Shown here one piece after another: positions 12,267 through 24,515 of a DNA stretch of 64,000 bases. Below the pieces are notes generated by a model. It saw nothing but the letters and a program-made list of their open reading frames with translations, ran no database searches and was not told the origin of the DNA. Positions within the stretch are counted from its first letter, which is position 1. Every line of letters begins with the position of its first letter. Position numbers and translations under genes: made by a program. Source of the stretch: the human T2T-CHM13v2.0 reference genome, Homo sapiens; the NCBI RefSeq assembly GCF_009914755.1, contig NC_060925.1, one strand, 5' to 3'.

Positions 12267-13165
12267 GTAAATTGGTACCAGGTAGTGGGGTGCTGCTGTA
12301 AAGATACCAGAAAATGTGGAAGTGACTTTGGAACTGAGTAACAGATAGAGGTTGGAACAGTTTGGAGGGCCCAGAAGAAGACAGAAAAATGTGGGAAAGT
12401 TTGGAACTTCCCAGAGACTTGGAGGGCTCAGAAGACAGGAAGGTGTGGGAAAATTTGGAACTTCCTAGAGACCTGTTGAATGGCTTTGACCAAAATGCTG
12501 ATAGTGATATGGACAATAAAGTCCAAGCTGAGGTGGTCTCAGATGAAGATGAGGAACTTGTTGGGAACTGGAGTAAAGGTCACTCTTGCTATGCAAAGAG
12601 ACTGGCAGCATTTTGCCCCGGCCCCAGAGGTCTGTGAAACTTGAACTTGAGAGTGATGATTTAGGGTCTCTGGCCAAAGAAACTTCTAAGTGGTGAAGGA
12701 TTCAAGAGGATGCAGAGCATAAAAGTTTGGAAAATTTGCAACCTGATGATGTGATAGAAAAGAAAACCCCATTCTCTGGAGAGAAAGTCAAGCTTGCTGA
12801 AGAAATTTGCATAAGTAACAAGGAACCAAATGTTATTCACCAAGACAATGGAGAAAATGTTTCCAGGGCATGTCAGAGACCTTCATGACGGCCCCTCCCA
12901 TCACAGGACTGGAGGCCTAGGAGGGAAAAATTGTTTCCTGGGCCAGATCAAGGGTCCTCCTGCTGTGCGCAACCATGGAACTTGATGTCCTGCATTCCAG
13001 CCTGTCTAGCTGTGGCTAAAAGGGATCAAGGTACAGCCCAAGCCATGGCTTCAGAGGGTGCAAGCTCCAAGCCTTGGCTGCTTACATGTGATGTTGGGCT
13101 TATGAGTGCCCAGAAGTCAAGAATTGAGGTTTGGGAACCTCCGCCTAGGTTTCAGAGGATGTATG
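12267..13165 (+). mobile_element. THE1 internal sequence (5' ~900 bp)
   Basis: gtaaattggtaccagg directly after the LTR; degenerate MaLR ORF (EDRKMWESLELPRDLLNGFDQNADSDMDNKVQAEVVSD). Confidence 0.9.
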
Positions 13166-13235
13166 TATGTCAGATTTTTAAAATGCCCACAATGAAACAT
13201 TACCTTTATGAGTTTTATGCTAAGAAGAAAAACAT

Positions 13236-14168
13236 ACATTCATTCACAAATATTTTTAAAATATTTTTTATGTTCCAGGACTTTCCTAAGCATTGGAGAT
13301 GTAACAGTGAATAAAACAGACAAATTTTTCCTCTCTTCTGGAATACATTATAATCAAAGAAAGAGGAAACTAAAATAAATAAGTAAATGAAATATTAAGT
13401 TTGATGATAAACACCATGGGAAAGAAATCAAGCAGGAAATTAAAATTGGGAGTACAGGAGGCAGAGGTTTAATTATAGTTAGGGTGGCCAGGCAGGTCTT
13501 ATTGAGAGCATAATATTTAAGCAAAGGCTTGATAGACTTAAGTGAGTCAGCCAGACAGATATCTGAGGAGAAGAGCACTCCACACAGAGGGACAGCAAGT
13601 AAAAGACCCTGAGTGGGGAGCTTAAGAACTGGAAGGGTATCCGTGTGGTTAGAGTTGACTGAGCAAGGGAAAAATTGGAAGGAAGTGAAATCACAGAGGA
13701 AATGGGGAGTATAGGATCTGATAAGTCACTGTAAGGAGATGGGAAGCCAGTGAAGAGCTTGGAGAGTGATGTGATCTATGTGGATTTTGTTTGAACAGAA
13801 TGACCTGTTTGCTATAAAGGGAATTACTTGTAATCTTCAAGTAAGCATGGAAGCTTGGAGATTAATGGGAAGCTATTGCAGTAAGCAAGGAAAAAGCTGA
13901 TGTCCGTGGCTCATACTGGAGTTGAATCACTTGAGAAGGAGGAACGTGGTTTTATTCTGGATACACTTTAAAGGTAGAAATGATGGCGTTTTTTGGTAGA
14001 TTTGATTTGCATTGCTGGAGAAAGAGAGGTGTGAACCCTGATGACAGAAGTTTTGGCACCTGGAAAATGAACACTAACTAAGGGAAGAGTGGAAGAAGAG
14101 CAAGTTTTGGGTTCAGGAATTCAGTTTTGCACAGGTTATCTGAGATACTCAAATAGAGATGTCAAGGA
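13236..14168 (-). mobile_element. L2a LINE 3' portion
   Basis: cattcattcacaaatattt...cagtgaataaaacagac and typical downstream L2 motifs (atctgaggagaagagcactcca; tcagttttgcacaggtta). Confidence 0.8.
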
Positions 14169-14999
14169 CATTACATAATTATTATGTTATTATAATAACA
14201 TAATATTTCAACAGCTGGACAAATGAGGCTAGCACAAAATCACATTAGGCTTCCAGAAAATGTCAAAATTAAATTTAAAATGATTATAAACTTGTAGTGT
14301 CCCAGCAGCTTGGCAGAATCAAATACAAGTCCTCTCAGGAAGAATCCACTATTATTCTTATTCCAGCCTTCAAAAAACCCCAAAAATAAATTCCGTCCCC
14401 TGCAAAAAAAGCAGTTCTAAATAAAGAATAAGAAAGCATCCAAGGAAAACGCAGCAAAACTCAGCAAAACAATAGGCCTCAGAAACAGGCAAGAAAAGGA
14501 CTTCAGATAAGGAAATTATTAGACATAGGTTAAAATGATTTTATTAAAAAAATTAATATATGTGAGGCAAGCAAGAAACTATAATGAATAACATTCCGAG
14601 TAGACAAAGAAAGCAAATAAAGTATCAAGAAATGCTTAGACCACGTGTGTGTGTGTGTATATACACATATATATAAATTGAAATTAAAAACTCATGATCT
14701 CACCAAGAAGACTAAACACAAATGAATAAAGATTACTACATAAGCAACTCACAGGACCCACCCACACTCAAGTGGAGGGCAAATATAAGGGCATGATCAC
14801 CAGGAGGCAGAGACCATGGAAGCCACCTTAAGAATTTGTCTGACAAAGAAATGAGAAATGGACCAAAAAACATATGATTGTTGTTCTATAAGGAGAAAAA
14901 AAAATTGGAGAAACATCCTAAAACAAATATTTAAATTTTTCCAGAACTAATGATATACTAAAATCTGGATTCAGAGGGCCAAATGAAATTGAAGAAAGA

Positions 15000-15301
15000 G
15001 GCAGGGTGCAGTGGCTCACACCTGTAATCCCAGCACTTTGTGAGGCCAAGATGGGAGAATCACCTGAGCCCAGGACTTCAAGACCAGGCTGGGGAACATA
15101 GTGAGACCTCATCTCTACAAAAAATAAGAAAAAATATTAGACAGGTGTGGTGGCATATGCCTGTAATCTCAGCTACTTGGGAGGCTGAGGTGGGAGAATT
15201 GCTTGAGCCTGAAATGTAGAGGCTACAGTGAACCATGATTGCACTGCATTCCAGCCTGGGCAACAGAACAAGACCCTGTCTCAAGAAAAGAAAAAGAAAA
15301 T
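15000..15301 (+). mobile_element. AluJ-type full-length
   Basis: Dimeric Alu with A tail; TSD aaattgaagaaaga at 14986-14999 and 15302-15315. Confidence 0.95.
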
Positions 15302-15882
15302 AAATTGAAGAAAGATAAACAGAAACAACAACAAAAAACCCAACATCACCATACTCAGTCGCATTTGAATTAAATTTCAGAACACTAAAATCACAGAATA
15401 TTTTTTAAGCAGAGAAAGAATGAGTTACTTATATAGGTGTGGTAGACTAATAGCTGACTTCTCAACAGCAAATTCAAGCCAGAAGGCAATGAAGAAAAAA
15501 ATGATAGCTAAGTGAAGGTGCAGAAGACTAACAATCTAGAATTCTACACCCAGAAAAAATACCTTTAAATAATGTGAACAATATAAGAAATGTGTAGAGA
15601 AACAAAAACTAAGAGACTTTGCCACTAGCATGTTTTCACTAAGAAGTTTTAAAGAATGTATTTCCTGTAGAAGAAAAGCGATCTGCGATGGAAGTTCTGA
15701 AACACAAGAAAAAATGAAGAGCACAGGGAGTGCTAAAAATGTGACTAAATGTAAACCAATATTGACTATGTAAGTCAACATTAGCAATGCTTTAGGGGAC
15801 TGGAAAAAGTAGAAAAAAGTTTTTTGACAAAAATAAAAATTACTGGGGATGAGAATAAATAGTGGTAAAGTGTTCTAATGCA

Positions 15883-16005
15883 AGCTGAGTGTGGTGTTGT
15901 GTGCCTATACTGTTAGCTACTTGGAGGCTGAGGTGGGAGGATGCTTGAGGCCAGCAGTTTGAGGCCAGCCTGAGCAATACAGTGAGACCCTTCTCTAAGA
16001 AAAAA
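15883..16005 (+). mobile_element. Free left Alu monomer (FLAM_A-like)
   Basis: tagctacttggaggctgaggtgggaggatgcttgaggccagcagtttgaggccagcctgagcaa; degenerate TSD aaagtgtt(c/a)taa. Confidence 0.8.
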
Positions 16006-17416
16006 GTGTTATAAGGCAGTTCTTAAATCATCTGTGAAGTAGAAGTTTTTACTTTTCCCTAATACATGGCAGACTAATACTTTATAAAATACAATAAAAT
16101 TAATTACTAAAAAATGAAAAGATATACAAATGTACACTTTAGAAGAAAATGATATTTATAATTGCAATAATAGTAAACACATACAAATAACTTAATTTGT
16201 TCAGGTACTTTATTTGTGTTTTTAGTATAGAGAGCAAACCTATATGGTATTTACTGCTATTAACTACATCTTACATAGGAAGTTACTTTTCACAAGTAGA
16301 TTGAGAAATAATAAAGCTGTAAATAAGCAAAGAATAAGATAAGAACAGACATTTATGATATGAAAAATCCAAAATAAAAAAGAATTGACAAAAGCCAAAA
16401 GTATTTTTTAAAATAAAACTAATAAAATGGACAAATTTCTGGTTAGAGGGCTTTGAAAAAGAAGAAATGATGAATCAGATCAGAAAGAAAAAGAGGTACA
16501 AAATTACAAATATAATCACTACTGAAAGGATAATAAAAATGTATTAAAAAGAACACTTAATCATATATAACTATGAAAATACATAAACTATAATTGCTTA
16601 TAATAATATAGCTGGATCAGAGAAATATAACTGAGTAAAAATGTAAGCTGCGTAAGACTATTTACAGTATGCTAACATTTTCTGAAGAACAAAAGCAGGC
16701 AAAATGAAATCATGTATTATTTAGAGAGATATGTAAACCTTAAAAGTATTAAAAATAAAGCAAAGAAATAATAAATAGAAAATTTCAGATTGTGTTTACT
16801 TCTGGGGAAAGATGAGGGAAAGAAAGAGGTGAGAAACACATAGATGCAGTGTGACTCGCAATGCTCTGTTTCTGTTTATGTGTTGTAGTCATGAGTGTTT
16901 ATTTTAACACTTTCCAACTTACATAAGAAGTTTTATGCTTTATAACTAAACATTTGTATATAACAAAAATTTTGTTAACTTTTTTTTTTAAAAAGACGTT
17001 TTCTATAAAATCAGAGACAGGGATTTCTGCCTATAAATAGATCTCCTCCTCCCTGAAACATTTTAAAGCTCAATTCAATCCATTTTGCTCAACTTCTCTC
17101 ATTAACAATTATCAATCACTAAAATGTGTACACATTACAAACAACACCCGCTACTCAAAATGTCAACTAAAATCCAAAATGTAAGGAGATGTTTGGCTAA
17201 AGAAAGTGCTGTGTCCTTTCCCTCAACTGCTGATGACACTTAGGTCTGATGAGAATATTGAAAACATGGTGGGAAAGGGCTTATGCCAGGCAATTAAGTG
17301 AAGGGTCCAAACTTGTGCCAGTTCTTCATATTTGCCTGAATTCAGCATCACCTGTAGATGCCCCTGGATTGTTAGTCACATTATTATATGTCCCATTCTC
17401 TTTTCCTATAATATAT

Positions 17417-17911
17417 TGTTACTGAAACACCAGGGGTTTGGTTTAGGTCCCGTTGCTTGCCACACAGAAAGCCAATCACTGAGACAATGGGTATTACCAG
17501 GGAAGAAGACTTTATTTGGGTGTTTCAGCCAATAAGATAGATCAGTCAGTCTCAACTCCATCTCCTCAACCAACTAAAATTATGGGTTTATATAGGAGGG
17601 AAAAATGTAACATGTGTGTGAAAACAGGAATCGCGGGGGTAAGGAAGAGAAACTGCTCAACAAGAAGCAAGCGGTGGGTTAGGCAATCATGACAAGTGAA
17701 GGGTCTGGTGTCTCATTGTCCAGGTTTGGTGATCTGGTATGTTGTGGTTCCTTTATATTATCTGGGAGGCCTGATGGTTGGTTTTCAGAGAAAGAAACTC
17801 AGATAAGACAAATGTAACTTTCTTAAGTTTTAAGACCGAGAGGGTCAATTTCTATGTTTATTCAAGAGAATCCATAAGCATCAGTTCTATGAGACAATTG
17901 GGCCAGTTTCA
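17417..17911 (-). mobile_element. ERV1 (MER4-group) solo LTR, 495 bp
   Basis: Minus strand TGAAACTGGCCCAATTG...CAGTAACA termini; 4-bp TSD atat (17413-16, 17912-15); TATATAAA and AATAAA on the minus strand. Confidence 0.85.
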
Positions 17912-18344
17912 ATATTTCTTCTTCCCATCTTCAATGAGGACCTGCCTTTAATTGCATCAATGACAGCAGCTCTTGTTCCAGGAAGGAAGGTGACAGTATG
18001 TCATTTAAAATGTGATTTTGATCTTCTCAAAATGGATTTACCGTTATGATACCAAGAAAATAAAAAGTGGACCTACTTCCTTATCAGTTATAGTAGGAAC
18101 TAGTAATTAGTTCTGACTGGGAAAAAATATATCACTGCAAGGCCATTTAAACCTACACTGAACTGAAATGTATTAGTTTTTTTTTTTTGTTCACTTCAGA
18201 GATGCTAGATTGTCAACAACTAATAACAGTATATCTCTCATGTGAAGTACTTTCAAACTTAAATTGCATGATTTTATTTCAATCATAAAGTAGTGAATTT
18301 AGAAAACATGGGACCATTCCTTTTTAAGAAAACAGTAACCTGTA

Positions 18345-18480
18345 GTGTAACATAAATACAAAAAAAGCACCTGTAATAAATATACAGCTTGATATGCTTT
18401 CATAAACTGAATGTAACTGGGACCCAGATCAAGAAACAGAACATTTAGAACTCCAGAAGCCTCCCCATGTTCTCATCCCA
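18345..18480 (-). mobile_element. L1ME-type 3' fragment
   Basis: acccagatcaagaaacagaacattt...ccagaagcctcccc. Confidence 0.5.
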
Positions 18481-19596
18481 TTTCTTCTATAAAATTATTT
18501 ATTACAAAACATTTGAGAAAAAAAGAAAATCATCAAAAGAAAAGGAAAAAAAACTCTGCTATCCACAGATAACTTTTAATATCACTGGTGTTTATTCTTC
18601 CATCATTTATCAGAGTTGAGTTTTGTTTTCCGTTTTGTATAGTTTTTCTAAGCCACAGATTCTTGATAAAGATTTTCTTCCCTGCTCTATTTCAGTTTCA
18701 ATGTTTACCATTGTGTTAATTGATTTTAATGCATTTTTGAAGTAGGTAAATTAGGAGCCCAAATTCCAGTTAATGAAGAAATATTGATATACGTTCATGA
18801 AAAAATATTATGCCCACAGATGCCTGAAATTTCCTACTTAGAAATTTATTTTTTATTTTAGCATTATCTTCTGTCTTTAAAATGCTAATATTGTTTACAT
18901 AATATTCAGTACCTTACTTTGAATGAATAACTCAGATGAGGTTATCTCATGACAAGTGATCGACAGACAGCAAGGGTGTATAGAGCTGAGAGCACCTGGT
19001 AGAAAGAGTTGGGGTGAAGCTGTGGGATCAGGTAGAGGGATGAAAAGAACATGAAGGATATGGGAGGTAATGTTTGCAACAATTTTGCCTGCTTTTCCAT
19101 TTTTGCTGCCACCAGCCCAGGAAATTTTTTCTCTTCTCCATTATATCTCTTCTCCTTTTGTGAGATTATCCATCTATGTTCTCTATCTGCCATTGCTGCT
19201 TTTCTTTGTCCTTGTCGTCAGAACCGTTCATGGTAAAGCATTTTGATGAAAAGAGAAGTGGAAATTACTTCATTGTGGTCTAGAAGAGACGAAGTACTTT
19301 CACACAGATAATGCAAAGAAAGAGAGAGATCAGATAAGTTGGTTGCAGGTTTCAGAGGAATTACAGGTTGTTGTGGGCCAGTGCAAATAGATCAGGATGG
19401 CTCCAAAATGTACAATTAATTCAAGGAATGAACAGAATGACTTGAACTTTACCAAATGAATTCAGATCTTTTTGTAACCATTATTAAAATAACTCACAGC
19501 AGACACTTTCTTTATGTATATGGATGATGTTTTAAACCTTATTGGAAAGATAAAATATTGTAGATACCATTTTGACATTTTATATTAATTCATAAA

Positions 19597-19805
19597 TTTT
19601 CTTTCTTCTTTCTCTTTCTTTCCTTTTCTTTTCCTTCCTTCCTTCCTTCTCTTTCTTTCTCTTTTTTCTTTCCTTCTTTCTCTTTCTTTCTTTTTCTTTA
19701 TTTCCTTTTCTTTTCCTTCATTCCTTCCTTCTCTTTCTTTCCTTCTTTCTTTTTCTTTCTTTCTTTCTTTCTCTTTCTTTCTTTCTTTTTCTTTCTTTTT
19801 TTTTT
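19597..19805. repeat. ~210-bp polypyrimidine (TTTC/TTCC) tract, an expanded Alu tail
   Basis: Almost pure C/T run abutting an Alu fragment. Confidence 0.95.
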
Positions 19806-19910
19806 GACAGGGTCTCACTCTGTTATCCAGCAGCCAGTCTAGAGTGCAGTGGCACAATCACAGTTCACTACAGCCTTGACTTCCTGGGATGAGGTGATCT
19901 TCCTGCCTCA
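19806..19910 (-). mobile_element. AluJ right-arm fragment
   Basis: gacagggtctcactctgtt...agagtgcagtggcacaatcacagttcactacagccttgac. Confidence 0.85.
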
Positions 19911-20084
19911 AAGTTTCTTATACCATGAATCCAATAACATTCTTTCTAAAGATGTTTTAGAACAGGATACAATGGGACTATCCTATGATATTGATGTTTG
20001 TTTAATGCCTTGGTGACATTGGTGAGTGTCTTTTATTTTTAAAAACAATCTAAAATTATATTCATCAAGGCAAGTAGATTAGTA

Positions 20085-20575
20085 GTGTCTCTTCCAGAGT
20101 CCATGAGAAAAATGTGCACTCAGAGGGATGAGCTTAAAAGAGGTCAATGAAGCAACTGCTTATAGAGGGGATGGAGGCGAGAGAGCCCACAAAGGGTGGT
20201 GAAATGGCAGAGACTAGCAGAAGTGATTTACCACTGCTAGGCCTGAAAAGGATAGGGAAATATATGAGATTATAGAACCCAGAGACAATTTTAGGTCATG
20301 GATGAGGGGAGCTATAACCATTGAATGCAGCCATGGCCATAATCCAGGCCAGGCAGAGATGACATAGAGTGAACAAATACTCCAGCTTCTCTCTCTTCTC
20401 ACCTTCTGATCTCCTGCCAGTACCTCCCAATGATCAAATCAAACCACAAGCCAGAGGACACAGGAGACTAAGGGATTAGTTCACAGAGGCCATCCTTCCT
20501 GGGCACAGAGCAGGGCACAGAAGGGCAGAGAATGAATCTGTGGAGGGAAGATGGCAAATGCAGTTAACCAGCACA
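20085..20575 (-). mobile_element. LTR33-like ERVL solo LTR
   Basis: ctcctgccagtacctcccaatg...gggcacagagcagggcacagaagggcagag...ccagcaca (minus strand starts TGTGCTGG). Confidence 0.75.
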
Positions 20576-20680
20576 AGCAATCTCAGCATTTTTTCTCTTC
20601 TATCAATTAAAGCCTTGTGTGTATGTTGTTTTTTCTTTTTAAATAATTGTTATTATATTCTTAGGACAGTGGTTCAGTGA

Positions 20681-20861
20681 TTCTTTCTTCCTTCCTTTCT
20701 TTCCCTTTCCCTTTCCCTTTCCTTTCCTTTCCTTCCTTCTTTCGAGACAGAGTCTCACTATTTTGTCCAGGCTGGTCTCGAACTCCTGGCCTCAATCAAT
20801 CCTCCCTCCTTTGGTCCTCCCAAAGTGCTGGGAATATAGGTGTGAGTCACTGCACCTGGCC
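20681..20861 (-). mobile_element. FLAM_C / Alu left monomer with (CTTTC)n tail
   Basis: gagacagagtctcact...caggctggtctcgaactcctggcctcaa...caaagtgctggg...tgcacctggcc. Confidence 0.85.
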
Positions 20862-21173
20862 AGAACAATTTCAAGGGAGTTGGCTTTTCAAAGACTTTCA
20901 TCTAGAGTCCATACCAAAGAAGAAAGGATTGTTGGCTAATCAATTAAAGCAAGATCATTGGGCATACTTTTATTTTGCAGCAGTAAAATTCACAGGAGAA
21001 TTACATCAGGACAAATGGCTTATAACTTAGGCTATGAATAAAGCAAGCCTTTTCTAAGTCCACATTTTTGAGGAAAAAGTTACATGGAATGGGGGATGTC
21101 TGGTGGTTTAGGCTATGAGTCTTCTGGGATGGTGTAAGTAGCATGTTCCCTTCCCATCTGCCCTCATCCTCAT

Positions 21174-21283
21174 CAATGGTAATGAAGAGAAGAGGCGTTG
21201 CAGAGGAAGAACACACATAACTTAGCAGCTGATGGGCTTGAGCAGGACGCAACTGGGAAGAATCAAGATTAATTTTCAGGTAT
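21174..21283 (+). repeat. 110-bp dispersed direct duplicate of 22593-22702
   Basis: Ungapped match, 8 mismatches in 110 bp. Confidence 0.95.
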
Positions 21284-21964
21284 GTCAGAAGATTTCAGAC
21301 CCATTGCACAACCAATGGAAAGATTTGAAGTGGGATTAAGGTTAGGTCTTGAGTGAGGGGGCCAGAGAGTTGCTTCAGGACAGTGTTTCATAAGTGCTAC
21401 CCAAACGGGCCCTTCAGATAGAACATTTCCATTTAATAGTCACTTCTGTTTTCTTTTTTAAAGGAAAAGTTAGTTGAAGCTTAGCTTTAGTCATTTCATC
21501 ATTACCAGGCAGAAAAATGTTATATCTCATTATATCTGCGGAGTCAGTCATATCAGAGATCTTTGACAATTTTGCAGAAATAGAACTCAATCAAAACACC
21601 AGGATGCTCCAGAGACATGAATCCTTGGTTCTTCCAGAAAATGTTCTACTTTCTGCTCACTTTTGAGTATTTAATTCTGAACACTATGGTGGAAGTTAAA
21701 ATATGAACTCTCTTTATGTGAGGCAATCTTTTCAAAAAATATTTCATCTTCAAAAAGTACCCTTCCCCTGTCCTTGCCCCATTACATACATAAAGGGCAA
21801 TGAACAATACCAAATCAATCCTGCAAGTGAAAGATCCAGAGAAATCATAGGTTAATTGCCTATGCTTCTTTTAATAAATATTAACATTAGTAGAATGGGA
21901 GGACATTAGTCAGCTCCTTTGGAAAAGCTGATGATTCTTGCTTCTTATATTAGCTTTATGAAAA

Positions 21965-23100
21965 CTAAATTTAACAATTTTTTTATTATCTCCCACATAC
22001 AAGGCATTGTCCTCAGTCTTACAGTTAGTTGAACAAGATAAAGCTCCTCTTGTCCTAAGGAGACTACACTAGGGAGATAACGTACGTAAGAACACCTAAT
22101 ACAGTACAAAGAAAGTTTAGTATCTCTTCCCATGAAAGGGACCCAGGGGTCCTTGATTCAAAATTTCAAAAAAGGGATAACATTTAGCTGATCACACTGA
22201 GGAACTGGCATTTGAGATTTGAAGGCATGATAAAATTTGACCAGAGAAGATGAGGGGTAGAGGTTATTCTAGGCTGCAAGGGAAGCAGAAATGAGAAAGT
22301 GTAGGGTCTTCTGGATCAAACTGGGTCTGTGTGGCTGGAGTATAGGGAATGCAAAAGGTTAAAGTGAGCAGGAATAGAGGAAATGAAAATTTGATGGGGA
22401 AGCTTTGGATGCCAAGTTGAGGCAGATACAATTCATTAGGGTGGGGAGTCACTAAAGGCTTTATCAGAGTGACAACTTAGGAAGATGAATCTGGCAGCAT
22501 TTTCAAGGGTGAATTGAAAAAGGGAAACCCATTTAGAAAGCCAATATGAAAGTCTGGACTTGAGGTAATGAGCTCTTACACCGATAGAGTAGCAATGGTA
22601 ATGAAGAGAAGAGGTGTTGCAGAGGAAGAACATACATGACTTAGCAGCTGATGGGCTAGAGCAGGAGGTAATTGGGAAGAATCAGGATTAATTTTCAGGT
22701 ATCGATTGTGTGAGTGAGAGAGAGCTGCTGCTCTTGAGATGAACAGGGAGTAAATGCAAGAAGCTGCTTAGGAGAGTATTATTATTTCAGCGTGGACATT
22801 AGGATTAAGGTGAAATTCCAATAGGACATACCACAAGAGTTAGCATGTAGATAGGTGGAAAGACAGCTGCTTTTAGGAGAGTGGTCAGAACTATAAACAT
22901 ACATTTGGGACTCATCTGGATGGATATGATGGTTGCTTGACACTGCCAGTAAATGAAATCCTTTTTAAAGAGAGTGTGTAGAGAGAAAGGTAAGAATATT
23001 AGAGCTTCTAAGGGAAAAATCTACATTTACAGAGTTCAGAGAGGAAAAAGCCTCAACAAAGCACTCAGAGAAGTTGTGAAACAGAAAGGAGGAGACCAAG
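21965..23100 (-). mobile_element. L2 LINE fragment
   Basis: Purine-rich antisense L2 body (gagtcactaaaggcttta...gaagatgaatctggcagca; acatttgggactcatc). Confidence 0.65.
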
Positions 23101-23129
23101 TACAGTACAGAGTTACAGTTCAACTTCAG

Positions 23130-23600
23130 TCAATTCAGTGGAACAAAAACTATTCATCAGGCAGTTACCGATAAGATAACATATTAGGTACTGGGAAAAC
23201 TACAATAAATAAGCCAAATACTTTCTTGCCTTCATGTATGTTATTGTCTAGTAGGAGAAAAAGACAATTACAATTGTAATTACAATACAGCATGGAAAAC
23301 GCTCCGTTGATTATTAGAGCCATGTGTCCTTACCTTTCTATGCCTCAATATTATCTATAACGTAAGAATATTAGTAGTATCTATTGTATTGGATTGTTGT
23401 AAAGAGGTAATACATGTAAGGCACTTCCAGGCACACAGAAACTACTCAATCAATGTTAGCTCTCCCTTCTCCTTTTATTATTTTTGACATCTTATTATTG
23501 CTATGATAAGAGAAATATAAGGTGCATATAAAGTGACTAGGGTGGTCATGGAAGGCATCTTGAAGGATTAGTGTTCAACTGAGAATGAAAGCAAAGAGGA
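23130..23600. mobile_element. L2 3' fragment (-) interrupted by MIR (+, ~23320-23465)
   Basis: L2 tail motifs plus MIR 3' end gtaatacatgtaaggcac...ctcaatcaatgttagc. Confidence 0.5.
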
Positions 23601-23616
23601 AATGAAAATTGCTTCA

Positions 23617-23958
<342 letters not shown>

Positions 23959-24112
23959 GGAAAAGGTCCAAAGGCAAGAGAGGCTGTATTGTATCTCTTA
24001 AGACAAGGGAGAAAGATTATAAGGAAGAAGTGGGCAACAGGACTAAATCTTACAAAGAATGTAAGGATGCTGAAAACAGAGAAAGACCTTTGGATTTATT
24101 AATTAGAAAGTC

Positions 24113-24515
24113 TCTGTGTACATTCCTTACACCCAACAAATTCATATGTTGAAGCCCTAATCCCAAATACCTCAGAATGTGACTGTATCTGGGGATGAGG
24201 CCTTTTAAGAGGTGACTAAGTTAAAATAAGGCCATTAGGGTGGGACCAAATCCAATCTGACTAGTGTTCTTATAAGAAAAGAAAATTTGGACAAGCAAAA
24301 ACAGACACCAGGCATGTGCCTGCACAGAGGAAAGATGTGTGAGACACAGTGAGGAAGCCATCTGAGGCCAAGGAGAGAGGCCTTAGAAGAAACGAAGTTG
24401 ACCAGCACTTTATTCTTGAAATTCCAGCCTCCAGAACTGTGAAAAAATAAATTACTGTTATTTATACCACCCAGTCTGCAGTACTTTGTTATGGCAGCCC
24501 TAGCAAACCAATACA
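24113..24515 (+). mobile_element. MLT1B-like MaLR solo LTR
   Basis: aaattcatatgttgaagccctaa...tccagcctccagaactgtga...ttgttatggcagccctagcaaaccaataca. Confidence 0.85.

Larger units (their letters stand above)
14300..16960 (+). mobile_element. Ancient fragmented L1ME (ORF1, ORF2 remnants, 3' end)
   Basis: A-rich; gctgacttctcaacagca...agaattctacacccagaaaaaatacc (ORF1-like) and an L1ME-type 3' end at 16630-16910. Confidence 0.6.

Noticed and set aside
12362-12472. ~57-bp tandem duplication and 91-aa ORF in THE1-int
   Set aside because: Inside the MaLR internal sequence. I recall this duplication in other THE1 copies, so it is probably inherited rather than locus-specific.
19585-19857. K/E/R-rich 90-aa ORF
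   Set aside because: Translation of the purine strand of a microsatellite. The same applies to the PSFL repeat at 42472-42711.
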